Below, piece after piece: positions 11,965 through 25,200 of a DNA stretch of 64,000 bases (positions are counted from its first letter, which is position 1; each line of letters starts with the position of its first letter). The DNA is from Octopus sinensis. Lineage: Eukaryota. The translations under genes were made by a program, and so were the position numbers. Where the stretch lies: NCBI RefSeq assembly GCF_006345805.1, contig NC_043019.1:23311360-23375359 (forward strand), given 5' to 3'. The notes under the pieces are model-generated. The model was given only the letters and a program-made list of their open reading frames with translations, was not told the DNA's origin and did no database searches.

Positions 11965-14300
11965 CAATACTTCATGCAAACTATATATATATATAAAAAG
12001 AAGCACTGGTTATAGAACAAACATTAAATTTGGGTCAACGACTTTACACAGAACCACCACCCCTCAAACATTTAATCATATATAAAAATCACCATGGTTC
12101 CCATACACATAAAAAATTATACATATACATAAAATCACAGAAGGTAAATATATATATATATATTCTAATGAAATACAAATAGAACAGCTTATCAAAAGTT
12201 AAATATAATGACTAAAAATTTCAAAACTATCAAAAGGCCTAATGGACAAATATAAAATAAAGATAAAAATAAAATAAAATAAGTGTCCACTGACTAAAAA
12301 GATTTTTATCAGACGATTAAAATATTAAAAAAATCTTTTTTAATTATCTGAAAAAAAAATTTTTTTTTAAATATTTGGGAAAATTTTTTACTCCCCTCAC
12401 ACAAGTACGTTCAAAGTTCATAATAAACAGATATCACCAGTCAAATTCCACATTCACATATATCTATGGCCATTTTGGGAGATCACCTCCGCAGTTCATT
12501 TACAGTGAAGTGCATCACAGTGATGACCCCCTCATCATGGGTTGGACGGTTCAACTGGGGTCTGGCAAGCCCGAAGGCTGCACCAGGCCCAGTCTGATCT
12601 GGCAGTGTTTCTACAGCTGGATGCCCTTCCTAACGCCAATACAAGCTTATATAATGACAAGCTTATGTAATTTAAGCTTATATAATTTATAAGCTTATAT
12701 AATTCATATATGACAAGCTTATATAATTTAAGAAGAACCCACCAGCAGACCAGTCCAAATTTTCTATAGAAAAAAAAAGACTACTGCTAAACACACAGGT
12801 GGCTGTAGTAAACAGAAATTTAACCTCATAAGCATAAAAAACAAAAATCTAATTATTCCAGTATAAAATTTGAAATTATTTCAAAGGTTAAACTGAAATC
12901 TAACAATAACTGAACCAAACTCACCACCCGTCATCCACATCTCACCCTGCATCAAAAAGACATGTCAGAAAAACTTACAGAAAATAGGATGGATCCCAAT
13001 ATTGAGTGCTCCATTATCAAGTTCTTTCATTCTCTTCACAGACTCTCCAGCCGGTGGTGGTCGTGTCTTGACATACTGCTTGTAGGCTTTTTCACAGACT
13101 TGCGTCATATTTTGCTGAAATTACAAAAAAAAGAGAAAAATGTAAACCCACTGTAAAAAGCTTAGGCTATGGTGATATACCCCAGATATACCCTATATTG
13201 GTCATGGGCCACTCTAGAGATCATAGCTTGTCCCATACAACTTAGTGTATGTCACAATCATGTTTTCACCCATTCTTCTTCCAACCAATGAAGACAAGGG
13301 GTTTTTCATTGGTTACTTGTCCTGCTAGAAATGAAATGGTGACCAAATCTCCCTATATTTACAGTGTAGTCTTGCCTAAGCTACTACACATTCAGAGTGG
13401 ACCTGAAACTACATGATTGCACAGAAAGCTTGATCTAGGTGGAGGAAGTGGCCAAGTCAGAGCATCAGACAAAAACTTACATTTTGTTTAATGCTTGCAT
13501 GGATCAGATTAAATTGGTTTCAGCCAGATTTTCTACCGTTACATGCTCTTCCTGTAGCTAATCGTCACCTGTTTCCAAGCTGGATAATACTTCCCTCATA
13601 CCTAAGGCAGTGAGCTGGCAGAACCATTTGTGTACCAGGCAAAATACTTAGCGGCATTTTGTCCATCTTTAATATTCTCAGTTCAAATTCTGCCATAGTC
13701 AACTTAGCCTCTCATCCTTTCAGAGTTGATAAAGTAAGTACCAGTTGAAATCTGGGGTTGATGTAATCGACTTACACCCGTCTCCGAAATTGCTGGCTTT
13801 GTGCCAAAATTTGAAACCATTATTATTATTATTATTATTATTATTCAGTAGTTTTATTTTTATAGCGTGCTTTCACTTCACTACCGAGCGCAGCTCTGTG
13901 TGCCTTAGGTATGTGCTGTGATTTGTTGTGATGCTCTGATGGTTATTGTATGGAAAGTGTTCTGCGTAGGATGTGTGCAATGCCTAGCAGTGCAATTTTC
14001 TGTATGTTATATGTGTTTGTAAGTCCTGGTGTTTTTGTTATGTATTTGTCTGAATATTTATTATTATTATTATTATATTATTATTATTATTCAGTAGTTT
14101 TATTTTTATAGCGTGCTTTCACTTCACTACCGAGCGCAGCTCTGTGTGCCTTAGGTATGTGCTGTGATTTGTTGTGATGCTCTGATGGTTATTGTATGGA
14201 AAGTGTTCTGCGTAGGATGTGTGCAATGCCTAGCAGTGCAATTTTCTGTATGTTATATGTGTTTGTAAGTCCTGGTGTTTTTGTTATGTATTTGTCTGAA

Positions 14301-14337
<37 letters not shown>

Positions 14338-15500
14338 GTGGTGAGCTGGCAGAATTGTTAGCATGCTGTGCAAAATGCTTAGGGAAATTTCATCTGTTCT
14401 TACATTCTGAGTTCAAATTCCAGGGAGGCTGACTTTACCTTTTATCTTTTATCTTTTCGGAATCAATAAATTAAAATACCATTCAAATACTAGGGTCAAT
14501 GTGATCAACTGTCCCTCTCCAACAAATTTTAGGGCCTGTGCCTATAGTAGAAAGGATTTTTATTATTATTATCAGCGAAGAATTAATAAATAATTTAATA
14601 CTTACAATATCGATGTTTTCTGTGTGCCACCGCGATAGTGTGTCCTGCCAGACATCGATCAGGGAACTTGGTACCGAGCCAAGTAAACCGTCCTTATCTA
14701 CAAAACAAATCATATTTATAATAATAAAAAAAAAAAGTGGACATCATCGTCATTGTTTAACACTGACCCTCCATGCTGGCATAGGTTGGATGGTTTGGCA
14801 GGAGCTGGCCAGCTGGAGAGCTGTCCAACTGGGGTGGGGGCATTTATCATAGGGAAGGGTTGACATGGGGACAAGGAAGTGCAAGCCACTCTTTGCATCT
14901 TTGGCGTCTAATCTTTACCTCTTGATGTCTGTTATTTTCCATCTGGTCCATTCCCGTGACAATGACCTGTCACCACTTTGAGCAGTCCTTAGCTATTGTC
15001 TCCCAGGTATTTGGGTCAATAGAGCAGTTGGAGAGAGTGGACTTGAGCTGATCTTGAAAATGGAAATTGGAGGCTCTGTGTGGTCTGGTGCCAGGGGACA
15101 ACTCTAGAAAGAGTAGTTGACAGAGGAGGTGCACGACAGAAATAATCAAACACTAATATAGATAATGGGCTTCCATGCAGTTTCCAACTACCGAATTTCA
15201 CTCATAAAGCACTACTTGGTTTAGGAATGTGGTAGAAATCCCTTGTCCAAGATGTGCAGTGAGACTGAGCCCAAAACCACATGACTATGAAGTGAATGAT
15301 TTTACCACATATGTACACATAGGCACAGGTGTGGCTGTGTGGTAAGAAACTTGCTTCACAACCACATGGTTCCAGGTTCAGTCCCACTGCGTGGCACCTT
15401 GGGCAAATGTCTTCTACTAAAACCTCAGGCCAACCAAACCCTTGTAAGTGGATTTGGTAGATGGAAACTGAAAAAAGCCCTGTATGTATGTATGTGTGTA

Positions 15501-15547
<47 letters not shown>

Positions 15548-16071
15548 GTGTGTCTTTGTCCCTACACCATCACTTGACAACTGATACTGGTGTGTTTATA
15601 TCTCCAAAACTTAGCAGTTTGGCAAAAGAGACCCATAGAATAAGTACTAGGCTTACAAGGAATAAGTCCTGGGGTCGACTTCTTCAACTAAAACCCTTTA
15701 ATGCAGTGCTCCAGCGTGGCCACAGTCAAACGGCCGAAACAAGGAAAAGAACAAAAGAATATACATGTGCATAATCATGCCTAAATATGTAAAACAATTC
15801 AAATCACCTGATGTCTCCTCTGCTTTCTTCTTTCCCTCAACTGGAACATACTGAAACGGTCGACCAAGAAATATATGGAGATCTATAAGGTAAGGGATTT
15901 CTTCGGAACACACAATAGAATAGGCAGTGCCACTTCTACCAGCACGTGCGACTCGACCTTTGCGAAAATGGAAAAACAAAGTCAATACAACAAATGAGTA
16001 AATTGACATTTCATTGGAAATGTATATACACATATCTTTATCTATATATAGCACAATGCATATATCTATGG

Positions 16072-16103
<32 letters not shown>

Positions 16104-18921
16104 TTCAAAAAATTAACGTAAACACAACTAACAGAATATTTTACAAAAACATAACAGAAAATTCATAGCTTATTCTTCATCAGTTGATGTCCAAAAGATC
16201 ATTACGATTTTGTGCCTTTGACTGGCATCCGTGCTAGTGGAGTGCTAAGAGTACCATACGAGCATGGCTTCCATGCCAGTGGCACGTAAAAAACACCATT
16301 CGAGCGTGATCGTTACCTGCGTCGCCTTACTGGCACTTGTGCTGGTGGCACGTGAAAAAACATTTGAGCAAGGTGGTTGTCAGTGCCACTGGACTGGCTC
16401 CTGTGCAGGTGGCACATGAAAAGCACCATTTGAGCGTGGCTGTTGCCAGTACCGCCTGACTGGCCCTCGCGCCAATGGCACGTAAAAGTACCCACTACAC
16501 TCTTGGAGTGGTTGGCGTTAGGAAGGGCATCCAGCTGTAGAAACTCTGCGAGATCAGATTGGAGTCTGGTGCAGCCATCTGGTTCGCCAGACCTCGGTCA
16601 AATCGTCCAACCCATGCTAGCATGGAAAGCGGACACTAAACAATGATGATGATGATGATTTTAGCATCTACTTTTTGATGCTTGCATGGGTCAGATGCAG
16701 CTTATTAAGATAGATTTTCTGACTTGGTGCCTTGCCTCTTCCCAACCCTCACCAGTAATAAATATATCCTCCTGACCAGGCACGTTTCAGCAGAATATTG
16801 GGAATCAATGACATTCATTTACAATAATCACACAATATCAAGACAAGGAGACACAAACATAAATACAAACATACATACATATATAAACATAAATACACAC
16901 ATAGGCGTAGGAGTGGCTGTGTGATAAGTAGCTTGTTTACCAACCACGTGGTTCCAGGTTCAGTCCCACTGCATGGCACCTTGGGCAAGTGTCTTCTACA
17001 TCATCATCATTGTTTAGTGTCCGCTTTCCATGCTAGCATGGGTTGGACGATTTGACTGAGGTCTGACGAACCAGATGGCTGCACCAGACTCCAAAGCCTT
17101 GTGAGTGGATTTGGTAGACGGAAACTGAAAGAAGACCGTCGTATATGTGTATATATGTGTATATGCATGTGTGTGTCTGTGTTTGTCCTCCTAGCATTGC
17201 TTGACAACCGATGCTGGTGTGTTTGCGTCCCCGTTACTTGGCGGTTCGGCAAAAGAGACCGATAGAATAAGTACTGGGCTTACAAAAGAATAAGTCCTGG
17301 GGTCGAGTTGCTCGATTAAAGGCGGTGCTCCAGCATGGCCGCAGTCAAATGACTGAAACAAGTAAAAGAGTATATAAACACAAATACACACATATGTATG
17401 CATGTATATTACATCATCACCTTCATCATCATCATCAGTGAACGCCTGATTTCCATGTTGGCATGGTTTGACCAGAGCTCGGAAGCTGCATCAGGCTCCA
17501 GATTGATTTGGGATGGTTTCTACAGTTGGATACCCTTCCTAACACCAACCACTTTACAGAGTGTGCTGAATGCTTTTATGTGGCACTGCACAGGTGCTTT
17601 ATATATGAACGCACTCTTAGCTACATATACACATATATATATGATGGGCTTCTTTCAGTTTCTCTCTTCCAAATCACAAGGCTTTGAACAGCCTGGGATG
17701 ATAATAAATGACAATTGCTCAATGCGCCACACTGGGATTGAACCTGAAACCATGTGGTTGGGAAATGAATTTCTGAACCACACACCAATCCCTGCATAAA
17801 ATGATGATGATAATAATAGATGTTACTTCACATAATATACTAGAAACTAAAATTGTGTAAAGTGATCACAGCCAAAAACTTCACTCACACTCTAATTAAA
17901 GTGCTAACATCAATGTTAACGACATACATGCAAGTCTCTATGTGACTACTCAACTGCTAGAAAGAGCAGTCAAATCTCTCTCAAATCAAACTGTACCATC
18001 TTAAAAAAAATAAAAAGAAAAACGATGGACACATCAGAAACAAAGTTCCTGGTATACAAGAAGATGAAAAGGCGGTGAACTGGCAGAATCGTTAGCACAC
18101 AGGGCGAAATGCTTAGTGGTATTTCGTCTGTCTTTACGTTCTGGGTTCAAATTCCGCCGAGGTTGACTTTGCCTTTCATCCTTTCGGGGTCGCTAAATTA
18201 AGTACCAGTCACGCACTGGGTTCGATCTAATCGACTTAATCTCTTTGTCTGTCCTTGTTTGTCTTCTCTGTGTTTAGCCCCTTGTGGGCAGTAAAGAAAT
18301 AGGTATACAAGAAGATGAAATGATTGCAGCTAGTTAGCCTTTGATCATAGGTCTGACTGCTATATCAGACTGACCTGGGGCTAAATAACAACAGCACCAA
18401 CAATAACAACAAACATGACATACCCACTCTGTGTATGAAAAGTTTTGGCTTGCCCGGGAAGTTGTAATTAATGACGTTGTCCAAGAGAGGGACATCGATG
18501 CCTCTTGCTGCCAAATCAGTAACTATTAAGACGTTGACTCGTTTGTGCTGGAATTTGGCAATGTTGATTTTACGAGCAGAAGCATCAAGAGAACTGTAGA
18601 CGAATGTATTCTTGATGTCGGCTGAGTTCAAAAGCTGTAAAATATCAAAGACACACAGAAAGGTTTTCAAACTATAACATCACCAACACCACCTTCATCA
18701 CCATTTTAATGCCCCCCCTTCCTTTTTATGTTTGCATGGGTCAAAATGAGAGTATGCTGAAGTAAAATTTTCTACAACTTCTTGCCCTGCCTCATGCTAA
18801 CTTCCACCCACTTCCAAGCAAGAACACCCCCATGGAACCACTAACTAGTTTATCAAACTATAATGACAGGGTTATGCAGACAACAGAAAACAAACGTCAC
18901 CGGTTTCATGAAGAGTGAGCC

Positions 18922-18964
<43 letters not shown>

Positions 18965-21307
18965 TAGTGAGGGATAATCAACCACTTGACTCGACCATGC
19001 AGAGGGACTGCCTTGAAGGCAGTAAAAACAATAAAAAATTACTAATTCATCAATGAGCCACATAAAAAGCATTGTTGTGGTTGCTGGTCTCATGTAAAGA
19101 GCACTGGTGTTGGTGCCATGTAAAAAGCATTCAGAACACTCTGTGCAGTGGTTGGCATTAGGAAGGGCTTCCAGCTGTAGAAACCAAGTCAAAACAGACG
19201 ATGGAGCTTGGTGCAGCCCCTGGTCTTACCAGTTCCTGTCAAGCCATCCAATCCATGGAAAACAGATGCTAAACGTCAATGATGACGTTAACCCCTTAAT
19301 ATTTAAGCTGGCTATATATTAAGATATTCTACCTGTTTTATGTTCAACCAACCAGATTTGACCCCTCATACCTATCCTACAATGTCATTCTAAAAATAAG
19401 CCATCACAGCATTGGAACCTCAAAGCTACAAGATAATAAATGTTTAATCTAAGACAATCTAAGTAAATAAGTATTACATTTGACAGAGTAATCTGAATGT
19501 TAAAAGGTTAAACAACAATATTAATTAATTAATTAGTTGATTAATATATTGAAAGAAGCAGAGGCATGTGGTAATAGAGTGAACTTGTTAACCTGTACTC
19601 TATTGGTGGTACTTTAGGAAAATATATGTATGCAGACAGGGTTTGGATGAAGGAGCAGAAGAGTATAAAGCTGAGAAGATGAATACTTGAAGGCTTACCA
19701 TTGACAGTAGTTCCACATGGTGTTTGGTGGCAGCAAACACAACGGTTTGTTCAAAAGGTTTCACAACCGATTTCAAAAGATACAACAGCAAAGACGGTTT
19801 TTCAACAGAACGGCAATAGAAGTAAGCAGTCTGGTTTGAAAATAGGAAATTAATAAATTTTAATCACAACCGAAAAGGTGAAAGACATGAAAGAAAGAAA
19901 GAAAGAGAGAGAGAGAGGGAGAGAAGAGAGATAAAAATAGAAATATTGATTAGATCCATTGAGTCAAGTACACCAACATCAAAATCAATGGAAACTGCAG
20001 TTGTGATCCCTGTGCCGGTGGCACGTAAAAAGCACCATCCGAATCGTGGCCGATGCCAGCGCCGCCTTGACTGGCTTCCGTGCCGGTGGCACGTAAAATG
20101 CACCAATCCGATCATGGCTGTTGCCAGCCTCACCTGGCACGTAAAAAGCACCCACTACACTCAGAGTGGTAGGCGTTAGGAAGGGCATCCAGCTGTAGAA
20201 ACACTGCCAGATCAGACTGGAGCCTGGTGCAGCCTCCTGGCTTCCCAGATCCCTGGTCGAACCGTCCAACCCATGCTAGCATGGAGAACGGATGTTAAAC
20301 GATGATGATGACTTCTCCATGCTTGCATAGTTCAGAGGGAATTCACTGAGGCAAATTTTCTACAGCCAGAGGCCCTTCTTGTCACTAACCCTTTCCAAGC
20401 AAGGTAATATTTCCTCATGGCTAGACATGTTTTGCATGAAAGATGAGGACACGTGTTTACAACCATCACATGGTGTCAAGATGATAAGGCACATACTTGC
20501 TCTGTGTGTGTGTGTGTGTGTGCGTGCGGGTACAGTGTTGGACAAACTAAATAATGATGGTGACCTGAAATTGTACTTGCTTCAGTTTTTGTCTATAAGG
20601 ACCAGAAGTTCTATGAGCGTGGAATCATGAAGTTGCCAGAAAGATGGCAAAAGGTCATCGAACAAAATGGAAAATATCTAATCGATTAAAGTCCATTCTT
20701 TGTATGAAAAGCAATGACTTTTATTTCACACCCTCATTTTCTTTCCAAATCCTGCTGCATTCCACGTGGAATTTTTGGTCTTCCAAAGTCATCTTAGCAT
20801 AAGTCAACTGTCCATTATCCAGCTGTAAATTTTGGTCTCAAAACTTCGACTTGTATACCAAGAAATATCGTAGATAGATAGAGAAATAAAGGGAGGTGAG
20901 AGAGCAAGAGGGGAAGAAAGAAACAAAGAGAGTAATAGGACTATATTACCTTCAGCTGGTCACTCAGTTTATTGTCAACATCTAATCGCACTAGAGTTGG
21001 GTTATTTAGACCGGCCTTAGCAAATTCGACCATTTGCTTTGGCAGTGTGGCTGAGAATAAGAGGGTTTGTCTAGATTCTGGGAGACGTCGAAGAATCTCA
21101 TCTAACTGTTCTTTGAATCCCATTTCAAACAGCCTAAAGAAATAAGAAGGAAAAAAAAAAACAGAAGAAAATCATTTTTTTTCTTACGTTTTTAATTATA
21201 TTAGCATATTTATTTGTAGATATAAATAACACACACTTCTTTTTTCAAGAAGGAAACAAAACGTTTTACAACCATCACATGATGTCAAAATAAGACAAAC
21301 ACATGTG

Positions 21308-21345
<38 letters not shown>

Positions 21346-21863
21346 CATAAGGGGAAAGTTTACGAAAATAAACAAAAGACGAAGGCAGGTGGAGTACAAA
21401 CAAACAAATGTATTAATGTAGCGCTCAGGAATAGAAAAAGTCTTTTACGTTTCGAGCCTACGCTCTTCGACAGAAAGGGACACAGAAAAAAACAAGGAGA
21501 GAAAAAAATGCATGTAGGAGCTAACGATCTATCATGGCATCCTATATATCATACACACATATAGACAGATACATATATTTTCAAGCCAATGCAGTATATA
21601 ATGTAATCATTCAAACACCATCATTATCTTTCCAAATCCTGCTGCATTTCACATGGAATTTTTGGTCTTCCAAAGTCATCTTAGCATAAGTCAACTGTCC
21701 ATTATGCAGCTGTAAATTTTGGCCTCAAAAATTCAACTTGTATGCCAGAAAGTATCATAGATAGATAAACAGAGAAATAAAGAGGGGTGAGAGAGAAAGA
21801 GGGGAAGAGACGGAGAGAGTAATAATAGGACTACGCAACCATACACACACATACTCACAGATA

Positions 21864-21906
<43 letters not shown>

Positions 21907-22208
21907 TATACCAACCATCCTTCACACTCTTCTGTCCCAGAAAGCACTTCCTCTTCGTCCATTTACTTCTGGTCATTTCAAAAATGTAACTACACATGGA
22001 CTACTGGCAATTTTTTTCCTCCTTCTTCCTTTCCTTTTGAACTTTCCTATCTCCACTGTTCCCGAATAAGAGCTATGCTCAAAACGTAAAACAGCCATTC
22101 TGTCTTTCCTTCTCTGAGCGTCTCATTAATTAATACTTTGCATGTGCTACATCCTCGCATGTAACTAACAGCATATAACAATCTCCAGTAGTTTGGTTGA
22201 TACAGTGA

Positions 22209-22247
<39 letters not shown>

Positions 22248-25200
22248 CATCATCATCATCATCATTTAGCGTCCGCTTTCCATGCTAGCATGGGTTGGAC
22301 GGTTCAACTGGGGTCTGTGAAGCCAGAAGGCTGCATCAGGCCCAGTCTGATCTGGCAGTGTTTCTACAGCTGGATGCCCTTCCTAAGGCCAACCACTCTG
22401 TGAGTGTAGTGGGTGCTTTTTACGTGCCACCCACACAGGTGCCGGTCGGAGCTGGCAAACGGCCACGGACGGATGGTGCCTTTTACGTGCCACTGGCATG
22501 GAGGCCAGGCGAGGCTGGCAATATATATATATACACACACATATACATTTGTGTGTGTTTATATTATACAGTTGGGTTGAACACAAAACCACATGGTTAG
22601 AAAGCAAGCTTTCAACCACACAGCCTTGCCTGAAAAATAAAATAAAATAACATTGTATGTATTACAGGTGTGCATAATAAAAATTAGAACCTATTAACCT
22701 GCCAGCGGAAGTTATTTACTCACCTGTCGGCTTCATCAAAGACAACATATTGTAGGGATGACAGCTTCAGCTTCATTTCCATGACTACGTGGAGGAATCG
22801 GCCAGGAGTTGCAATGATTCTTTGAAGGTAGAAAATTTGACATCGATATAATGACACAAAATTATCCATTTATTTTACAGAATTTCTTTCTTTTTTTGGT
22901 GGGGGAGAGGAACTTAACACCTGTAGATAGCAGAACACACACACACACACTCAGGGTACTCAGACCTGGGTGAAGCTAACAGAATTTAGACAATAGAGGT
23001 CTCTCTCTCTCTCTCTAACCACTCAGTCGAAGTCGACTCTCAGTCACTCGTTGGATCAGTGTCCTCCAGTCAGTTCTATCCTGGGCCGCTCCCTTCAGAC
23101 TGGCCATGTCCATTCTGGCATCACTCCTGAGGGTGTCAAGCCAGCGGGTTCTTGGGAGGCCTCTTCCTCTCTTGCCACTGACCATTCCGAGCATGATGTC
23201 CTTCTCCAGGGATTCTCTCTGCATAATATGACCGAAATATGCCAATCTACACTTGGTGATCCCAGCTTCTAGTGACATTTTCGGCCTTATCTGCTTAAGA
23301 ACTTCTCCATTGGTGAGCCTCACTGTCCATGGAATCCGCAAAAGTCTCCTCCAACACCAAAGCTCGAATGCATTAATTCTCTTCTGGTCAGACAATAGAG
23401 GTAGACAGAACTAAAGGCAAACTCTACACAAGAGGGTAAAACAAAATTGTTTGCAATTTACAAAAAGTTCACACAACCAAGGAGCCCTACAATGAGTTGC
23501 AGTGCAGAAGATCAAACGTTGCTAATGTAGGGGGGGGGGCAGTTTAGAGGTGCAAAGATAGCAACAATGCATGCAGGTTTACTTACATGTCGGGTAATGA
23601 ATGCATGGCAGAAAACTGATCTTCCATCCTGTAAAGAATTAGAACAATTAAAAGTTTTAAGATGGAGGAACACAATCAGGATATAAAAATTTTCATTAAG
23701 ATATGTTTTAGACGATATGATAAGATCCTAAGACATGCTTAAATCAGAGGAAATAAATTGGAAGAGGATCTTAAGAGCACCATTGAAGTCTAGTTTTCAG
23801 TTTAGTTAAATTAAATTAAAAGGCTTTGCAGTTAGAATATTTGATATAAAAAGTTTTATTAAGATATGTCTTAGAGGATATGATAAGATCCTAAGACATG
23901 CTTAAATCAGAAGAAATAAATTGGAAGAGGATCTTAAGAGCACCATTGAAATCTAGTTTTCAGTTTAGTTAAATTAAATTAAAAGGCTTTGCAGTTAAAA
24001 AATGTGATACAAATAGTTTTATTAAGATATGTCTTAGAGGATATGATAAGATCCTAAAACACATTTAAATCAGGAGAAATACATTGGAAATAGTTACTCC
24101 TGTTAGCCAGAGGATCTTAAGGACACCACTGAAGTCTTGTTTTCAGTTTAGTTAAATTAAAAGTAGGCATGGTTTTGCTGTTAAAAAATTCCTTTTGAAA
24201 TTATATGGTTTCAGGTTCAATTCTACAGCAGCACAGAACCTATTCTACGACCAGAATATCTGGTTGACCAAAGTAAAGAGGAACTAAATGGAAGTATATT
24301 GGGTAGACTGTGCCTGGTCAATGGTGCTAGAAGAATGTATTGGTCTTTCTATACATGAAGATGATTTTGTATGTATATAGCAGAGTTGAAAATTGATATA
24401 ACCAAGATATTCTGTTGATCTGAAGAGCTAGCCTTCTATATCAGCATTGATTTGTAAATGGACAATAGTACTGTGCAATGTGTAGCATGCATATTAGTAC
24501 AGACATGTAAAATAATTTATTATACATTGAAATTATTATTACATGAGGAAGGCTGTGAAACAGCTGTCATCCTACAGATATCAAAGTAAATAAATATATT
24601 CATCTTCCATACTGCCTTACTTTTTATGTTCTCTCTCTCTCTATATATACATATATATATACCAATTAAGGACTGAACACGAAAAGTGGACAGTCAACAT
24701 GCTAGATATAGACGTCAAATCGCCATTCTCCACAAAAGATTATGTTCTCAGATCAAACTCAGCATGGGGAGAACATAATCTTTTGTGGAGAATGGCGATT
24801 TGACGTCTATATCTAGCATGTTGACTGTCCACTTTTCGTGTTCAGTCCTTAATTGGTATATATAAATATTTTAATCTTCGGATTCTTTTTTTAATATGCT
24901 AGACCACTGGTCTTAATTGATAAATATCAATTTCTACCCTTAATTAATTTTATATATATATATATATAAAATATACTGCTTTATTTTGAGATTGCTAATG
25001 TTAATACTCGCAATGTCGAAATTTTCTTTTAGTGGCTGGTATGTAATTGTATAATTGTATTTTCTGTACTGTATTAAAACATCCTGATGAGGGGAGTGTC
25101 AGTTTTGAAAATATGAAATATATCATATTTTTTGGCATGTCTCTGAAACGGCCTGCAGAGGGATTTTTAAATTTTTGTAATATTTTCATGGTATTTTAGT

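Noticed and set aside
14196-14432. Plus-strand [20 protein letters not shown]
   Set aside because: Antisense of the R4/Dong-like fragment plus TTA repeat
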